Assembly: GCA_944384585.1 (NCBI GenBank)
Contig: CALWTY010000004.1
Location: forward strand, 1,563 to 65,562
Length of the DNA: 64,000 bases
From: an uncultured Clostridia bacterium
GTDB taxonomy: Bacteria; Bacillota; Clostridia; Oscillospirales; CAG-272
Direction of reading: 5' to 3'
This document shows, piece by piece, positions 37,873 to 46,838 of the stretch; within the stretch, counting starts at the first letter, position 1, and every line of letters begins with the position of its first letter. The translations under genes were made by a program, and so were the position numbers. The notes beneath the pieces were generated by a model, which was not told the DNA's origin, ran no database searches, and worked only from the letters and a program-made list of their open reading frames with translations.

Positions 37873-39382
37873 GCCCGCCGTACCCGCAATCGGCATCAAA
37901 TGGAAGCTGTTTGCCTATCTTGCCGCCTTTGCCGCCGTGATCTTTGTGATCCTGTGGCTATGTCAGGTGGTGTTTCTCGGTGACATCTATCGGACGATCA
38001 AGACCGCAGAGATCAAGAAGGCCGCCTCCGAGCTGTCCCGCGCCGTTGACGACGCAGAAGGGCTTTCGGTAGCGGCGGAGCGGGTATCGGTCAAAAATGA
38101 CGTCTGTATTCTGGTGCTTCGGATGCTCAGCGATGAGACAGCCTTCCGGCTTGCCTCCTGCGACGCCGTCAAAAACTGCGCCATTCACAATATGTCGATG
38201 TCGGGAATCTTTACGCTCTATGATGCGGCGGCGGAAAACGGCGGAAGATCGCTGCAGCATTTCCGATATGACGCGGGCTCGCATCTCTATGTGGCCATCA
38301 ACGCGGGGGAGAGCAACGGCGACCCGGAAAGCATCATCTACTCGGTGATCGTCAGCGATCACACCGGGCATGACGTGCTGTTCATCCTCAATTCCGTCGT
38401 TTCGCCTGTCGATGCGACGGTCAAGACCCTCAATGCCCTGCTTGTGGCGGTGAGTATTGTCATGATCTGCCTCGCGCTGCTGCTCGCCGTCGTGATCTCC
38501 GGGAAAATCTCAAAGCCGATCATCGATATCAACAATTCCGCCAAGGCGCTCGGCGTCGGGCTCTATGACACCCGTTTCACGGGCGGGTCTTATCGGGAGA
38601 TCTCGGAGCTGAGCGACACCCTCAATCATGTGGCGGCGGAGCTTTCGAAGGTGGATTCCTTGCGGCGGGAGCTGATTGCCAACACCTCTCACGATCTGCG
38701 GACGCCCCTCACCATGATTACAGGCTATGCTGAGGTGATGCGGGATATTCCGGGGGAGAACAACGCCGAAAATGCGCAGGTGATCATCGACGAATCGGAG
38801 CGGCTGACTTCTCTGGTCAACGATATGCTCGATATCTCCAAGCTGGAGAGCGGCAACCAGACGGTCAACTCCGAGTTGTTCGATCTGACCGATACCCTGA
38901 AGCAGGGGATGGAGCGCTATAATCGCTTCCGTACCCGCGACGGCTATCACATCGATTTCCGCGCGGAGGAGTCGGTTTTCGTCTTTACCGATAAATCCAA
39001 GCTGCTGCAGGCCTTCTACAATATCGTCAACAATGCCATCACCTACACGGGGGAGGATAAGCTGGTGACGGTCGAGCAGACGACCTATGACGATCCCTCC
39101 GACGGCAGGAGATGGGTGAGGATCTCGGTCACCGATACCGGGGAGGGGATCCCGGAGGATAAGTTGACGCTGATCTGGGATCGCTACTATAAGATCGATT
39201 CGGCGCACCGACGCGCCGCACAGGGAACAGGACTCGGCCTATCGATCGTCAATAAGATCATGAGACTGCTCGGCGGACGCTGCGGCGTCAGGAGTCAGAT
39301 CGGAGTCGGCAGTACCTTCATGATCGAGATCCCGGCGGCAGAGGAGCAGTCTCCCTCTCCGACGGAGGATCGTCCGGCATGA
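37856..39382 (+). CDS. Sensor histidine kinase (two TM, HAMP, HisKA, HATPase); start uncertain
   Basis: SHDLRTPLT, NIVNNAI, DTGEGI, GTGLGLSIV. Confidence 0.95.
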   Translation: MRPKNKPAVPAIGIKWKLFAYLAAFAAVIFVILWLCQVVFLGDIYRTIKTAEIKKAASELSRAVDDAEGLSVAAERVSVKNDVCILVLRMLSDETAFRLASCDAVKNCAIHNMSMSGIFTLYDAAAENGGRSLQHFRYDAGSHLYVAINAGESNGDPESIIYSVIVSDHTGHDVLFILNSVVSPVDATVKTLNALLVAVSIVMICLALLLAVVISGKISKPIIDINNSAKALGVGLYDTRFTGGSYREISELSDTLNHVAAELSKVDSLRRELIANTSHDLRTPLTMITGYAEVMRDIPGENNAENAQVIIDESERLTSLVNDMLDISKLESGNQTVNSELFDLTDTLKQGMERYNRFRTRDGYHIDFRAEESVFVFTDKSKLLQAFYNIVNNAITYTGEDKLVTVEQTTYDDPSDGRRWVRISVTDTGEGIPEDKLTLIWDRYYKIDSAHRRAAQGTGLGLSIVNKIMRLLGGRCGVRSQIGVGSTFMIEIPAAEEQSPSPTEDRPA

Positions 39383-39396
39383 GAGCGAAATAAAAG

Positions 39397-39432
39397 AACC
39401 GGAAGCGGAGCAAAGCGCCGCTTCCGGTTTTT
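39397..39432. terminator. Bidirectional terminator
   Basis: AACCGGAAGCGG...CCGCTTCCGGTT-TTT with an A-tract upstream. Confidence 0.75.
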
Positions 39433-39475
39433 CGCGTTCCGACAGACCGATGAGCCGGACAGGTCAGAGACGATC

Positions 39476-40048
39476 TTATTTGACGATCTCGCCGTAGCAC
39501 TTTCCGAAGGCGCAGGTTGCGTTGGCTTCGTCGGTATCGATGTGCATGGCGGTGGAGAATTTCGGGCTGACACGGATGACGACGTCGCCCAGCAGCGCGC
39601 TTCTTTCGGACGCGATCCTGACCGAGACGATCTCCTTGTCCTTCACACCGGCCGCTTCGGCGTCCTCGGGGGTCATGTGGATGTGGCGCTTGGCAACAAT
39701 CACGCCGCTGTCAAGATCGACCTCGCCGCAAGGGCCGACCAGCTTGCAGCCGGGGGTCCCGGTAAGATCTCCGCTTTCGCGGACGGGCGCGGAGATGCCG
39801 AGGGTGCGGGCGTCGGTGAAGGATACCTCCACCTGGGAGGCGGGACGGGCAGGGCCGAGGATGATGACGTTCGGGATGGACTTCTTCGGGCCGACGATGG
39901 TGGCACGCTCTTCGCAGGCGTACTGTCCGGGCTGGCTCAGATCCTTTTTCTTCGTCAGAGTCGCTCCTTTTCCATAGAGGGCTTCGATATGGGCTTCGGT
40001 CAGGTGAATATGCCTTGCCGAGGTTTCGACCAGAACTTTTGCTGACAT
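39476..40048 (-). CDS. pduL: Phosphate propanoyltransferase / phosphotransacylase
   Basis: SARHIHL, DLSQPGQY, QVEVSFTDA, AKRHIHM, MHIDTDEANA. Confidence 0.93.
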   Translation of the reverse strand: MSAKVLVETSARHIHLTEAHIEALYGKGATLTKKKDLSQPGQYACEERATIVGPKKSIPNVIILGPARPASQVEVSFTDARTLGISAPVRESGDLTGTPGCKLVGPCGEVDLDSGVIVAKRHIHMTPEDAEAAGVKDKEIVSVRIASERSALLGDVVIRVSPKFSTAMHIDTDEANATCAFGKCYGEIVK

Positions 40049-40086
40049 TGTGGTTCTCCTTGTCAATAATATTTTCAACAAAAAGT

Positions 40087-40115
40087 ATTATACTATACCG
40101 TGAAGAAAAAGTAAA
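40087..40115 (-). promoter_or_regulatory. Sigma-A promoter for pduL
   Basis: TTTACT-N17-TATAAT on the minus strand. Confidence 0.65.
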
Positions 40116-40191
40116 GCCTGTTTTTGAAAAAAACGGCTGTACAACTATAAAACGACGCAGTGTGCGTCTGAGAAACGGAAAGGAGCGGCAA

Positions 40192-40920
40192 ATGGAGGAG
40201 AGCATCCGGAATCGGGGAGAAAAGGCGGCGGAGGAGGAAATCGAAAAGGACGGCGCGGTTACCGCAGAGCGTGAGGGGCTGCGCTTTCGCTGCATGACGG
40301 TGATCGGTCAGATCGAGGGGCATTATTATCTGCCGGAAAACCAGAAGGCGACGAAATACGAGCATATGATCCCCGCGCTGACCGAGGCGGAGCAGAGCGA
40401 GGAGATCGAGGGGCTTCTCATTCTGCTGAATACCGTCGGCGGGGATGTGGAGGCGGGGCTTGCGCTGGCGGAGCTGATAGCCGGTATGTCGAAGCCGACC
40501 GTTTCGCTGGTGCTGGGCGGCGGACATTCCATCGGCGTGCCGCTGGCGGTCGCGGCGAGGCGCTCCTTTATCGTTCCCTCCGCGACCATGACGCTGCACC
40601 CCGTCCGGATCAACGGGCTGGTGTTGGGGGTGCCGCAGAGCTTCCTGTATCTGCGGCGGATGCAGGATCGGATCGTCGACTTCGTCGTCCGTCATTCCCG
40701 CGTGCGGGAGGAGGAGCTTCGGCGGCTGATCCTGCAGACCGATGAGCTGGCGAACGACACCGGTACGATCATCGACGGCAGGGAAGCGGTGAAAATCGGC
40801 CTGATCGACGGTATCGGAGGCTTGAGCGACGCGCTGGCAGTGCTGAAGGAGCTTGCGGCTCGGGAGCGCAGGGAGAAAAAGGGAAGGAAGCTCAACGCGC
40901 CGGGACGGCGGCGTCAATGA
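40192..40920 (+). CDS. tepA: ClpP-like protein TepA
   Basis: TKYEH, LNTVGGDVEAGLA, GGGHSIGVP, TLHPVR. Confidence 0.88.
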   Translation: MEESIRNRGEKAAEEEIEKDGAVTAEREGLRFRCMTVIGQIEGHYYLPENQKATKYEHMIPALTEAEQSEEIEGLLILLNTVGGDVEAGLALAELIAGMSKPTVSLVLGGGHSIGVPLAVAARRSFIVPSATMTLHPVRINGLVLGVPQSFLYLRRMQDRIVDFVVRHSRVREEELRRLILQTDELANDTGTIIDGREAVKIGLIDGIGGLSDALAVLKELAARERREKKGRKLNAPGRRRQ

Positions 40921-41929
40921 TCCCGCCGAACAGCAGGTCGCTGTTCCGATAGAAGACGGCGCTCTGCCCCGGCGTGACGGCGCGGAGAGGTTCCCGAAAG
41001 CGGACGATCGCGCAATCGTGGGAGAGGGTCACCTCGCAGGGGACGGGACGAGCCGAGTAGCGAACCCGGACATCGGCGGTCAGAATGCCCTGCGTTTCGG
41101 GGGGAAGCTTTTGAAAATTCAGCTCACGCACCGACATCTCCGAGCAGAATTCCCCGCCGGCCGGCACCAGCGTCACGGTGTTGGCGTCGGGATCGAGGGA
41201 GGCGACGAACATCGGCTCTCCGAAGGAGATCCCCAGCCCCTTCCGCTGTCCGACGGTATAGCGGATCAGCCCCTTGTGCCTTCCGAGAATTCTGCCGTCC
41301 CGGTCGATAAAATTCCCCTCGGGGAAGTGCTTGCCGAGGGCGCGTTCGATATACCCGACATAGTCGTGATCGGGGATGAAGCAGTTCTCCTGGCTTTCCG
41401 GGGCTTCTGCGGCGCGGTAGCCGAGGGCCTTTGCCTTTTCGCGGATATCTTCCTTTTTCATGCCGGAAAGGGGCAGACGGAGCATGGAGAGCTGACGCTG
41501 GCTGAGACGCCAGAGGACATAGCTCTGATCCTTTTTTCCGTCCTCGGCACATCGGATGAAATATCGTCCCCCTTCTGTCAGCACGGAGGCATAATGCCCG
41601 GTCGATACCGCATCAAAGCCCCGCTCCTCCGCATAGCGGCAGAGCGCGCCGAATTTGACGTGCGGATTGCATTCGACGCAGGGATTGGGGGTCCTGCCGC
41701 GGCTGTATTCCGCGATGAAGCGGGAGATCACGGCGGACTCGAAGTCCTTTCTTGCGTCAAGGATAATATGAGGAATGCCGACGGCCGAAGCCGCCTCCTC
41801 CGCAGAGGCGGTATCGGTATGCTCGTGCATGATAACGGAGGCGGCAACGACCTCGTGCCCCTCCTCCTTCAGCAGATGAGCGGCATAGGTGCTGTCAAGA
41901 CCGCCGCTCATTCCCAGTAAGATCTTCAT
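40892..41929 (-). CDS. mnmA: tRNA 2-thiouridine(34) synthase
   Basis: SGGLDS, TPNPCVECN, TGHYA, KDQSYVL, YTVGQRKGL, VTPGQSAV. Confidence 0.97.
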   Translation of the reverse strand: MKILLGMSGGLDSTYAAHLLKEEGHEVVAASVIMHEHTDTASAEEAASAVGIPHIILDARKDFESAVISRFIAEYSRGRTPNPCVECNPHVKFGALCRYAEERGFDAVSTGHYASVLTEGGRYFIRCAEDGKKDQSYVLWRLSQRQLSMLRLPLSGMKKEDIREKAKALGYRAAEAPESQENCFIPDHDYVGYIERALGKHFPEGNFIDRDGRILGRHKGLIRYTVGQRKGLGISFGEPMFVASLDPDANTVTLVPAGGEFCSEMSVRELNFQKLPPETQGILTADVRVRYSARPVPCEVTLSHDCAIVRFREPLRAVTPGQSAVFYRNSDLLFGGIIDAAVPAR

Positions 41930-42000
41930 ATGAGCCTGCCTTTCGCATGGATCGCGGAATGCGTCCGACGCGCCGAAGGGCGCGGACAACCGGAAACAGC

Positions 42001-42032
42001 AAAGGCGGCGCCCCGTGTTCGGAAGCGCCGCC
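42001..42032 (-). terminator. Terminator after nifU
   Basis: GGCGGCGC...GCGCCGCC hairpin with a minus-strand T-tract. Confidence 0.5.
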
Positions 42033-42039
42033 GTTTCGT

Positions 42040-42477
42040 TCAGTGACCGCTGCAGGCGGCACAGTTGCCGTGACAGGCTGTACCGTGGAGCGGCACCTCC
42101 TTGTCGATTCCGTTCCGCTTGTAGTAGTCTGCGACGGCAGCCTTGACCGCCTCCTCCGCCAGCACCGAACAGTGGATCTTGGCGGGGGGAAGTCCGTCCA
42201 GCGCCTCAACGACGGCCTTGTTGGTCAGCGTGAGCGCCTCGTCGACCGACTTGCCCTTGATCATTTCTGTCGCCATAGAAGAGGTGGCGACGGCGGCGCC
42301 GCAGCCGAAGGTTTTGAATTTGACATCGGTGATGATATCGTTTTCGATTTTCAGGTAGATCTTCATGATGTCGCCGCAGACGGCATTTCCGACCTCGCCG
42401 ACCGCCGAAGCGTCCGCGATCTCACCGACATTGCGGGGATTTGAAAAATGGTCCATGACCTTTTCGCTGTAGTTCAT
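42040..42477 (-). CDS. nifU: Fe-S cluster scaffold, NifU/IscU type
   Basis: HFSNPRNVG, CGD, FGCGAA, HCSVLAE. Confidence 0.95.
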   Translation of the reverse strand: MNYSEKVMDHFSNPRNVGEIADASAVGEVGNAVCGDIMKIYLKIENDIITDVKFKTFGCGAAVATSSMATEMIKGKSVDEALTLTNKAVVEALDGLPPAKIHCSVLAEEAVKAAVADYYKRNGIDKEVPLHGTACHGNCAACSGH

Positions 42478-42502
42478 AGCAATTCCTTTCTGCGCAGAGA
42501 TA

Positions 42503-43675
42503 TCAGTTCTTTCCGACCTGCTCGTAGAGCGGGCTCATATCGCGGAGCCGCTGTACGATCGGCGGGAGCTTTTCGAGAATGTAATCAACGTCCTCTTCGG
42601 TATTTTCGTGAGAGAGCGTGAGACGGAGGGAGCCGTGCGCCTTTTCGGGAGGAAGCCCGATGGAGAGCAGGACGTGGGAGGGCTCAAGAGAGGCGGTCGA
42701 GCAGGCGGAGCCGGTCGAGGCACAGATCCCCGCCATATCCAACAGCAGGATCAGGCTTTCCCCTTCGATAAATTCAAAGGCGACATTGAGGTTTCCGGGC
42801 AGACGATGCTCCATCCCGCCGTTGATGCGGGAGTAGGGGATGCGGGAGACAATCTCCCGGGCAAGACGGTCGCGCATGGCGGCGATCCGTTCCATGTCGG
42901 GAAGCCCCTCCACGGCAAGCTCAAGCGCCTTGGCAAGACCGACGATATAAGCGACGTTTTCCGTCCCGCCGCGCTTGCCGCGCTCCTGTCCGCCGCCGTC
43001 GATGAGGTTGGCGATGCGCACGCCTGTTCTGACATAGAGTACGCCGATCCCCTTGGGGGCGTGGATTTTGTGACCGGAGAGGGCGAGCATATCGACTCCC
43101 AGCTCGGCGACGTTGACGGGAAGATTGCCGATTGCCTGGACGGCATCGGTGAAGAAGGTGATCTTGTGAGCCTTGGCGATTGCCGCCATCTCCCGGATGG
43201 GAAGCACCGAGCCGATCTCATTGTTGGCGTACATCATGGCGATCAGAACGGTATCGGGCCGAATGGCGGCCTCCAGCGCCTCCGGCGCGATCTGTCCGTC
43301 TGCGTCGACCTTGAGGTAGGTGATCTCGAAGCCTTCCTTTTTCAGAGAATCCATCGCGTGCAGCACGGCGTGATGCTCGTAGACTGTCGTGATGATGTGC
43401 CGGCCCTTTGCGGCGTTGGCGCGGGCGGCTCCCTTGATGGCCCAGTTGTCAGACTCCGAGCCGCAGGAGGTGAAGTATATCTCATTGGGCTTTGCCCCGA
43501 TCAGGGAAGCGATTTTCTCCCGTGCGGCGGCAATCGCCAGCGAGGAAGCGCGTCCGATCGAATAGAGGCTGGAGGGGTTTCCGTACTCCGACGAGAGATA
43601 CGGAAGCATTTCTTCCAGAACCTCCGGCGCGACCCGCGTGGTGGCGGCGTGATCGGCATATACGAATTTGGACAT
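42503..43675 (-). CDS. nifS: Cysteine desulfurase, NifS/IscS type
   Basis: DHAATT, TDAVQ, SGHKIHAPKG, STGSACST. Confidence 0.96.
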   Translation of the reverse strand: MSKFVYADHAATTRVAPEVLEEMLPYLSSEYGNPSSLYSIGRASSLAIAAAREKIASLIGAKPNEIYFTSCGSESDNWAIKGAARANAAKGRHIITTVYEHHAVLHAMDSLKKEGFEITYLKVDADGQIAPEALEAAIRPDTVLIAMMYANNEIGSVLPIREMAAIAKAHKITFFTDAVQAIGNLPVNVAELGVDMLALSGHKIHAPKGIGVLYVRTGVRIANLIDGGGQERGKRGGTENVAYIVGLAKALELAVEGLPDMERIAAMRDRLAREIVSRIPYSRINGGMEHRLPGNLNVAFEFIEGESLILLLDMAGICASTGSACSTASLEPSHVLLSIGLPPEKAHGSLRLTLSHENTEEDVDYILEKLPPIVQRLRDMSPLYEQVGKN

Positions 43676-43716
43676 ATGTGAACTCCTTTCGGAATAATCT
43701 TAATTGGTACGATTCT

Positions 43717-43745
43717 ATTGTATACCATTTTAGTGTACTTTTCAA
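43717..43745 (-). promoter_or_regulatory. Sigma-A promoter for nifS-nifU-mnmA
   Basis: TTGAAA-N17-TACAAT on the minus strand. Confidence 0.65.
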
Positions 43746-43945
43746 GAGCTTTGCGAAAAAAAACTGACTAAATTTCGGGCAAACGCGGCAGAATTTTTTG
43801 CCGCATTCCGAAAATAAGCCTCCGACCGCGGCGAACCCGTCGTTTTGCGACCCGGACAAACCGGGAAGGGGCTGCCTCTCTGCGGCGCACGGCGGCTTCG
43901 GATTTCTGCGGACGCCGCGCAAGTTTTCAGAAAATTCAAAGTCGA

Positions 43946-43999
43946 GGAACGCTTTTGGAACAGAAAAGGAACAGGACGGGAACGCCGGTTTGGTATAAT
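43946..43999 (+). promoter_or_regulatory. fab operon promoter with four phased heptamer direct repeats (SARP-type activator geometry)
   Basis: GGAACGC(43946)-TTTT-GGAACAG(43957)-AAAA-GGAACAG(43968)-GACG-GGAACGC(43979)-8 bp-TATAAT(43994); extended TG; no consensus -35. Confidence 0.75.
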
Positions 44000-44036
44000 T
44001 AGGGTAAATATTTTTTTGATGATACGGAGGCACATT

Positions 44037-44261
44037 ATGTTACTCGAAACGATTGCAAAGATTATTGCGGAGCGCACCGACTGCGACCCGGCGGAGGTAA
44101 AGCCGGAAAGCACCTTTGTTGAGCTGGGGATCGATTCTCTCGATACCGTGGAGCTGCTGATGAGTCTGGAGGATGAGCTCGGCATGGAGATCGAGCTGGA
44201 CCAGAAGGTTGAGACGGTGGGCGAGCTGATCGCCTTCATCGAGAAGAAGCAGCAGGCGTAA
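44037..44261 (+). CDS. acpP: Acyl carrier protein
   Basis: LGIDSLDTVELLM; GGAGG RBS. Confidence 0.93.
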   Translation: MLLETIAKIIAERTDCDPAEVKPESTFVELGIDSLDTVELLMSLEDELGMEIELDQKVETVGELIAFIEKKQQA

Positions 44262-44263
44262 TC

Positions 44264-45208
44264 ATGATTCGTTCCGAAATCTGTCGTTTGCTGGGGATCC
44301 GCTACCCGGTGTTTCAGGGCGGAATGGCTTGGGTGGCCGACGGCCGCCTGGCTGCCGCCGTCTCGGAGGGAGGCGGACTCGGCATTATCGCGGCCGGGAA
44401 CGCGCCCGGAGACTATGTGCGGGAGCAGATCCGCATTGCCAAATCCCTGACCGATAAGCCCTTCGGCGTCAATATCATGCTCCTCAGCCCGCATGCCGAC
44501 GAGGTGGCACAGGTCACGGCGGAGGAGAAGGTGGCGGTAGTGACCACCGGCGCCGGAAATCCTTCCAAATATATGGAGCTTTGGACCTCAAACGGAATCA
44601 AGGTGATCCCGGTGGTCGCTTCCGTTGCGATGGCAAAGCTCGTGACCAAGGCGGGCGCTTCCGCTGTCATCGCGGAGGGGGGAGAAAGCGGCGGTCATGT
44701 GGGGGAACTGACCACGATGGTGCTGGTCCCGCAGATCTGCGACGCGGCGCCTCTTCCCGTAATCGCGGCGGGCGGAATTGCCGACGGACGCGGCGTGGCC
44801 GCGGCCTTTATGCTCGGCGCCTGCGCGGTTCAGATGGGAACGCGCTTCCTGTCGGCGGAGGAGTGCAATATTCATCCCGTCTATAAGGAAAAAATCGTGA
44901 AAGCCACCGATCTCTGCACGATGGTGACGGGAAAGCGCCTCGGGCATCCCGTCCGAAGCCTCCGCACCCCCTTCGCCCGGAATTATCTGAAGGCGGAATA
45001 CGGCGGAGCGTCGGATGAGGAACTCGAGGAAATGGGCGTAGGCTCCGTTCGGCTTGCGGTTCAGGAGGGCGATCTGGAAAAGGGAACCTTCCTTGCCGGT
45101 CAGGCTGCCGCGATGGTGAAACGGATTCAGCCTGCTGCCGAAATCGTGAAGGAAGTGATGGAGGAGGCAGAGCCTCTTCTGATGAGGGCTTCGCAATGGG
45201 TAGAATAG
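44264..45208 (+). CDS. fabK: Enoyl-ACP reductase II
   Basis: QGGMAWVA, EGGESGGHVG, AAGGIADGRG, QMGTRF. Confidence 0.95.
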   Translation: MIRSEICRLLGIRYPVFQGGMAWVADGRLAAAVSEGGGLGIIAAGNAPGDYVREQIRIAKSLTDKPFGVNIMLLSPHADEVAQVTAEEKVAVVTTGAGNPSKYMELWTSNGIKVIPVVASVAMAKLVTKAGASAVIAEGGESGGHVGELTTMVLVPQICDAAPLPVIAAGGIADGRGVAAAFMLGACAVQMGTRFLSAEECNIHPVYKEKIVKATDLCTMVTGKRLGHPVRSLRTPFARNYLKAEYGGASDEELEEMGVGSVRLAVQEGDLEKGTFLAGQAAAMVKRIQPAAEIVKEVMEEAEPLLMRASQWVE

Positions 45209-46104
45209 CGTTTTTGTTTTCCGGACAGGGCGATCAGCACGCCGGAATGGGAAAGGAAATTGCCGATCGGTATCCTGCCGCCGCGGAGGTATTTTCTCTC
45301 TGCGACGGGATCCGCCCCGGCACCTCGACGCAATGCTTTGAGGGAAGCGAGGAGGAACTGAAGGAAACCGTGAATACACAGCCCTGCCTGTTTGCCGTCG
45401 AGACGGCGATGGCGGCGGTGCTGAAGGCGGAGGGGATTGCCCCGGAGGCCGTGGCGGGCTTTTCGCTCGGAGAGCTTGCGGCCTGCACCTGTGCCGGCAT
45501 TTTCGACTGCGCAGACGGCTTCCGCGCGGTCTGTCGCCGCGGCGAGCTGATGCAGCACGCCTCCGAGCAGACCGAGACGGCGATGGCGGCGGTCGTCAAG
45601 CTGTCAGAAGAGGCGGTGACCGCTCTGTGCGGCGGCTTTGAAGGGGTGTATCCCGTCAATTTCAACTGCCCGGGTCAGATCACCGTGGCGGGGCTTGCGA
45701 GCCGCATGGCGGACTTTACGGCGGCGGTCAGAGCGGCGGGCGGCAGAGCCATTCCGCTCAAGGTACGGGGAGGCTTCCATTCCCCCTTTATGCAGGAAGC
45801 GTCGGAGGGCTTTGCTGAGGTGCTGGACGGCATGAAGATCGGGCAGCCGAGTCTCTCGGTTTACTCGAATCTGACGGCAGAGCCGTATACCGGGGACGTA
45901 AAGGGACTGCTGTCCGCACAGATCTGTAACCCCGTCCGCTGGGAGCGGACGATCCGCAATATGATCGCGTCGGGGATCGATACCTTTATCGAAATCGGTC
46001 CCGGCAAGACGCTGACCAACATGATGGGCAAAATCGACGCGGGGGTCAGAGCCTGTTCTGCCTCCGAGCTGTCGGTCGTCCTTTCGGAGGTGGAAAAATG
46101 CTGA
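45196..46104 (+). CDS. fabD: Malonyl-CoA:ACP transacylase
   Basis: FSGQG, NTQP, GFSLGE, GGFHSP, EIGPG. Confidence 0.95.
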   Translation: MGRIAFLFSGQGDQHAGMGKEIADRYPAAAEVFSLCDGIRPGTSTQCFEGSEEELKETVNTQPCLFAVETAMAAVLKAEGIAPEAVAGFSLGELAACTCAGIFDCADGFRAVCRRGELMQHASEQTETAMAAVVKLSEEAVTALCGGFEGVYPVNFNCPGQITVAGLASRMADFTAAVRAAGGRAIPLKVRGGFHSPFMQEASEGFAEVLDGMKIGQPSLSVYSNLTAEPYTGDVKGLLSAQICNPVRWERTIRNMIASGIDTFIEIGPGKTLTNMMGKIDAGVRACSASELSVVLSEVEKC

Positions 46105-46826
46105 ACGGGAAGACAGCCGTCGTGACAGGCGGCAGCCGCGGCATCGGCAAGGCGATCGTTCTGAAGCTCGCTTCGCTGGGGGCGGACGTCGCGGTGCTTT
46201 GCGCCGGACGGCTTGACGCGGCGGAGGCGGTCTGCGCCGAATGCGTCGAGCGCTGCGGAGTGAAGGCAAAGGCATACTGCTGCGACGTTTCTGATTTTGA
46301 AAAGGCCAAGCAGACGGTCCTTGCCATCAAAGCGGAGTTCGGGACGGTGCATATCCTGGTGAACAATGCCGGCATCACGCGTGACGGCCTTGCCGCCATG
46401 ATGAAGGAAGAGGATTTCGACGCGGTCCTGGATACCAACCTCAAGGGCGCGTTCAATATGATCCGCCACTGCGTCGGAATGCTGATCCGCAACCGAAGCG
46501 GCTGCATCATCAATATCACCTCGGTCGCAGGGCTGACCGGCAACGCCGGGCAGTGCAACTATGCCGCCTCCAAGGCGGGGCTGATCGGGCTGACCAAATC
46601 GATCGCAAAGGAGCTTGCTCCGAGAGGAATCCGCTGCAATGCCGTCGCGCCCGGCTTTATCGACACCGAGATGACGGAATCCCAGACAGATAATCCTCTT
46701 CTTGCCGCCATTCCGCTCGGACGGATGGGGACGACCGAAGAGGTGGCGGAGGCGGTGGCGTATCTGGCCGAGGCCTCTTATGTGACCGGCGAGGTCCTCC
46801 GCGTTGACGGCGGGATCGCCATGTAA
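46098..46826 (+). CDS. fabG: 3-oxoacyl-ACP reductase
   Basis: TGGSRGIG, NNAGITRDG, NYAASKAG. Confidence 0.95.
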   Translation: MLNGKTAVVTGGSRGIGKAIVLKLASLGADVAVLCAGRLDAAEAVCAECVERCGVKAKAYCCDVSDFEKAKQTVLAIKAEFGTVHILVNNAGITRDGLAAMMKEEDFDAVLDTNLKGAFNMIRHCVGMLIRNRSGCIINITSVAGLTGNAGQCNYAASKAGLIGLTKSIAKELAPRGIRCNAVAPGFIDTEMTESQTDNPLLAAIPLGRMGTTEEVAEAVAYLAEASYVTGEVLRVDGGIAM

Positions 46827-46838
46827 GGAGAAACGATT

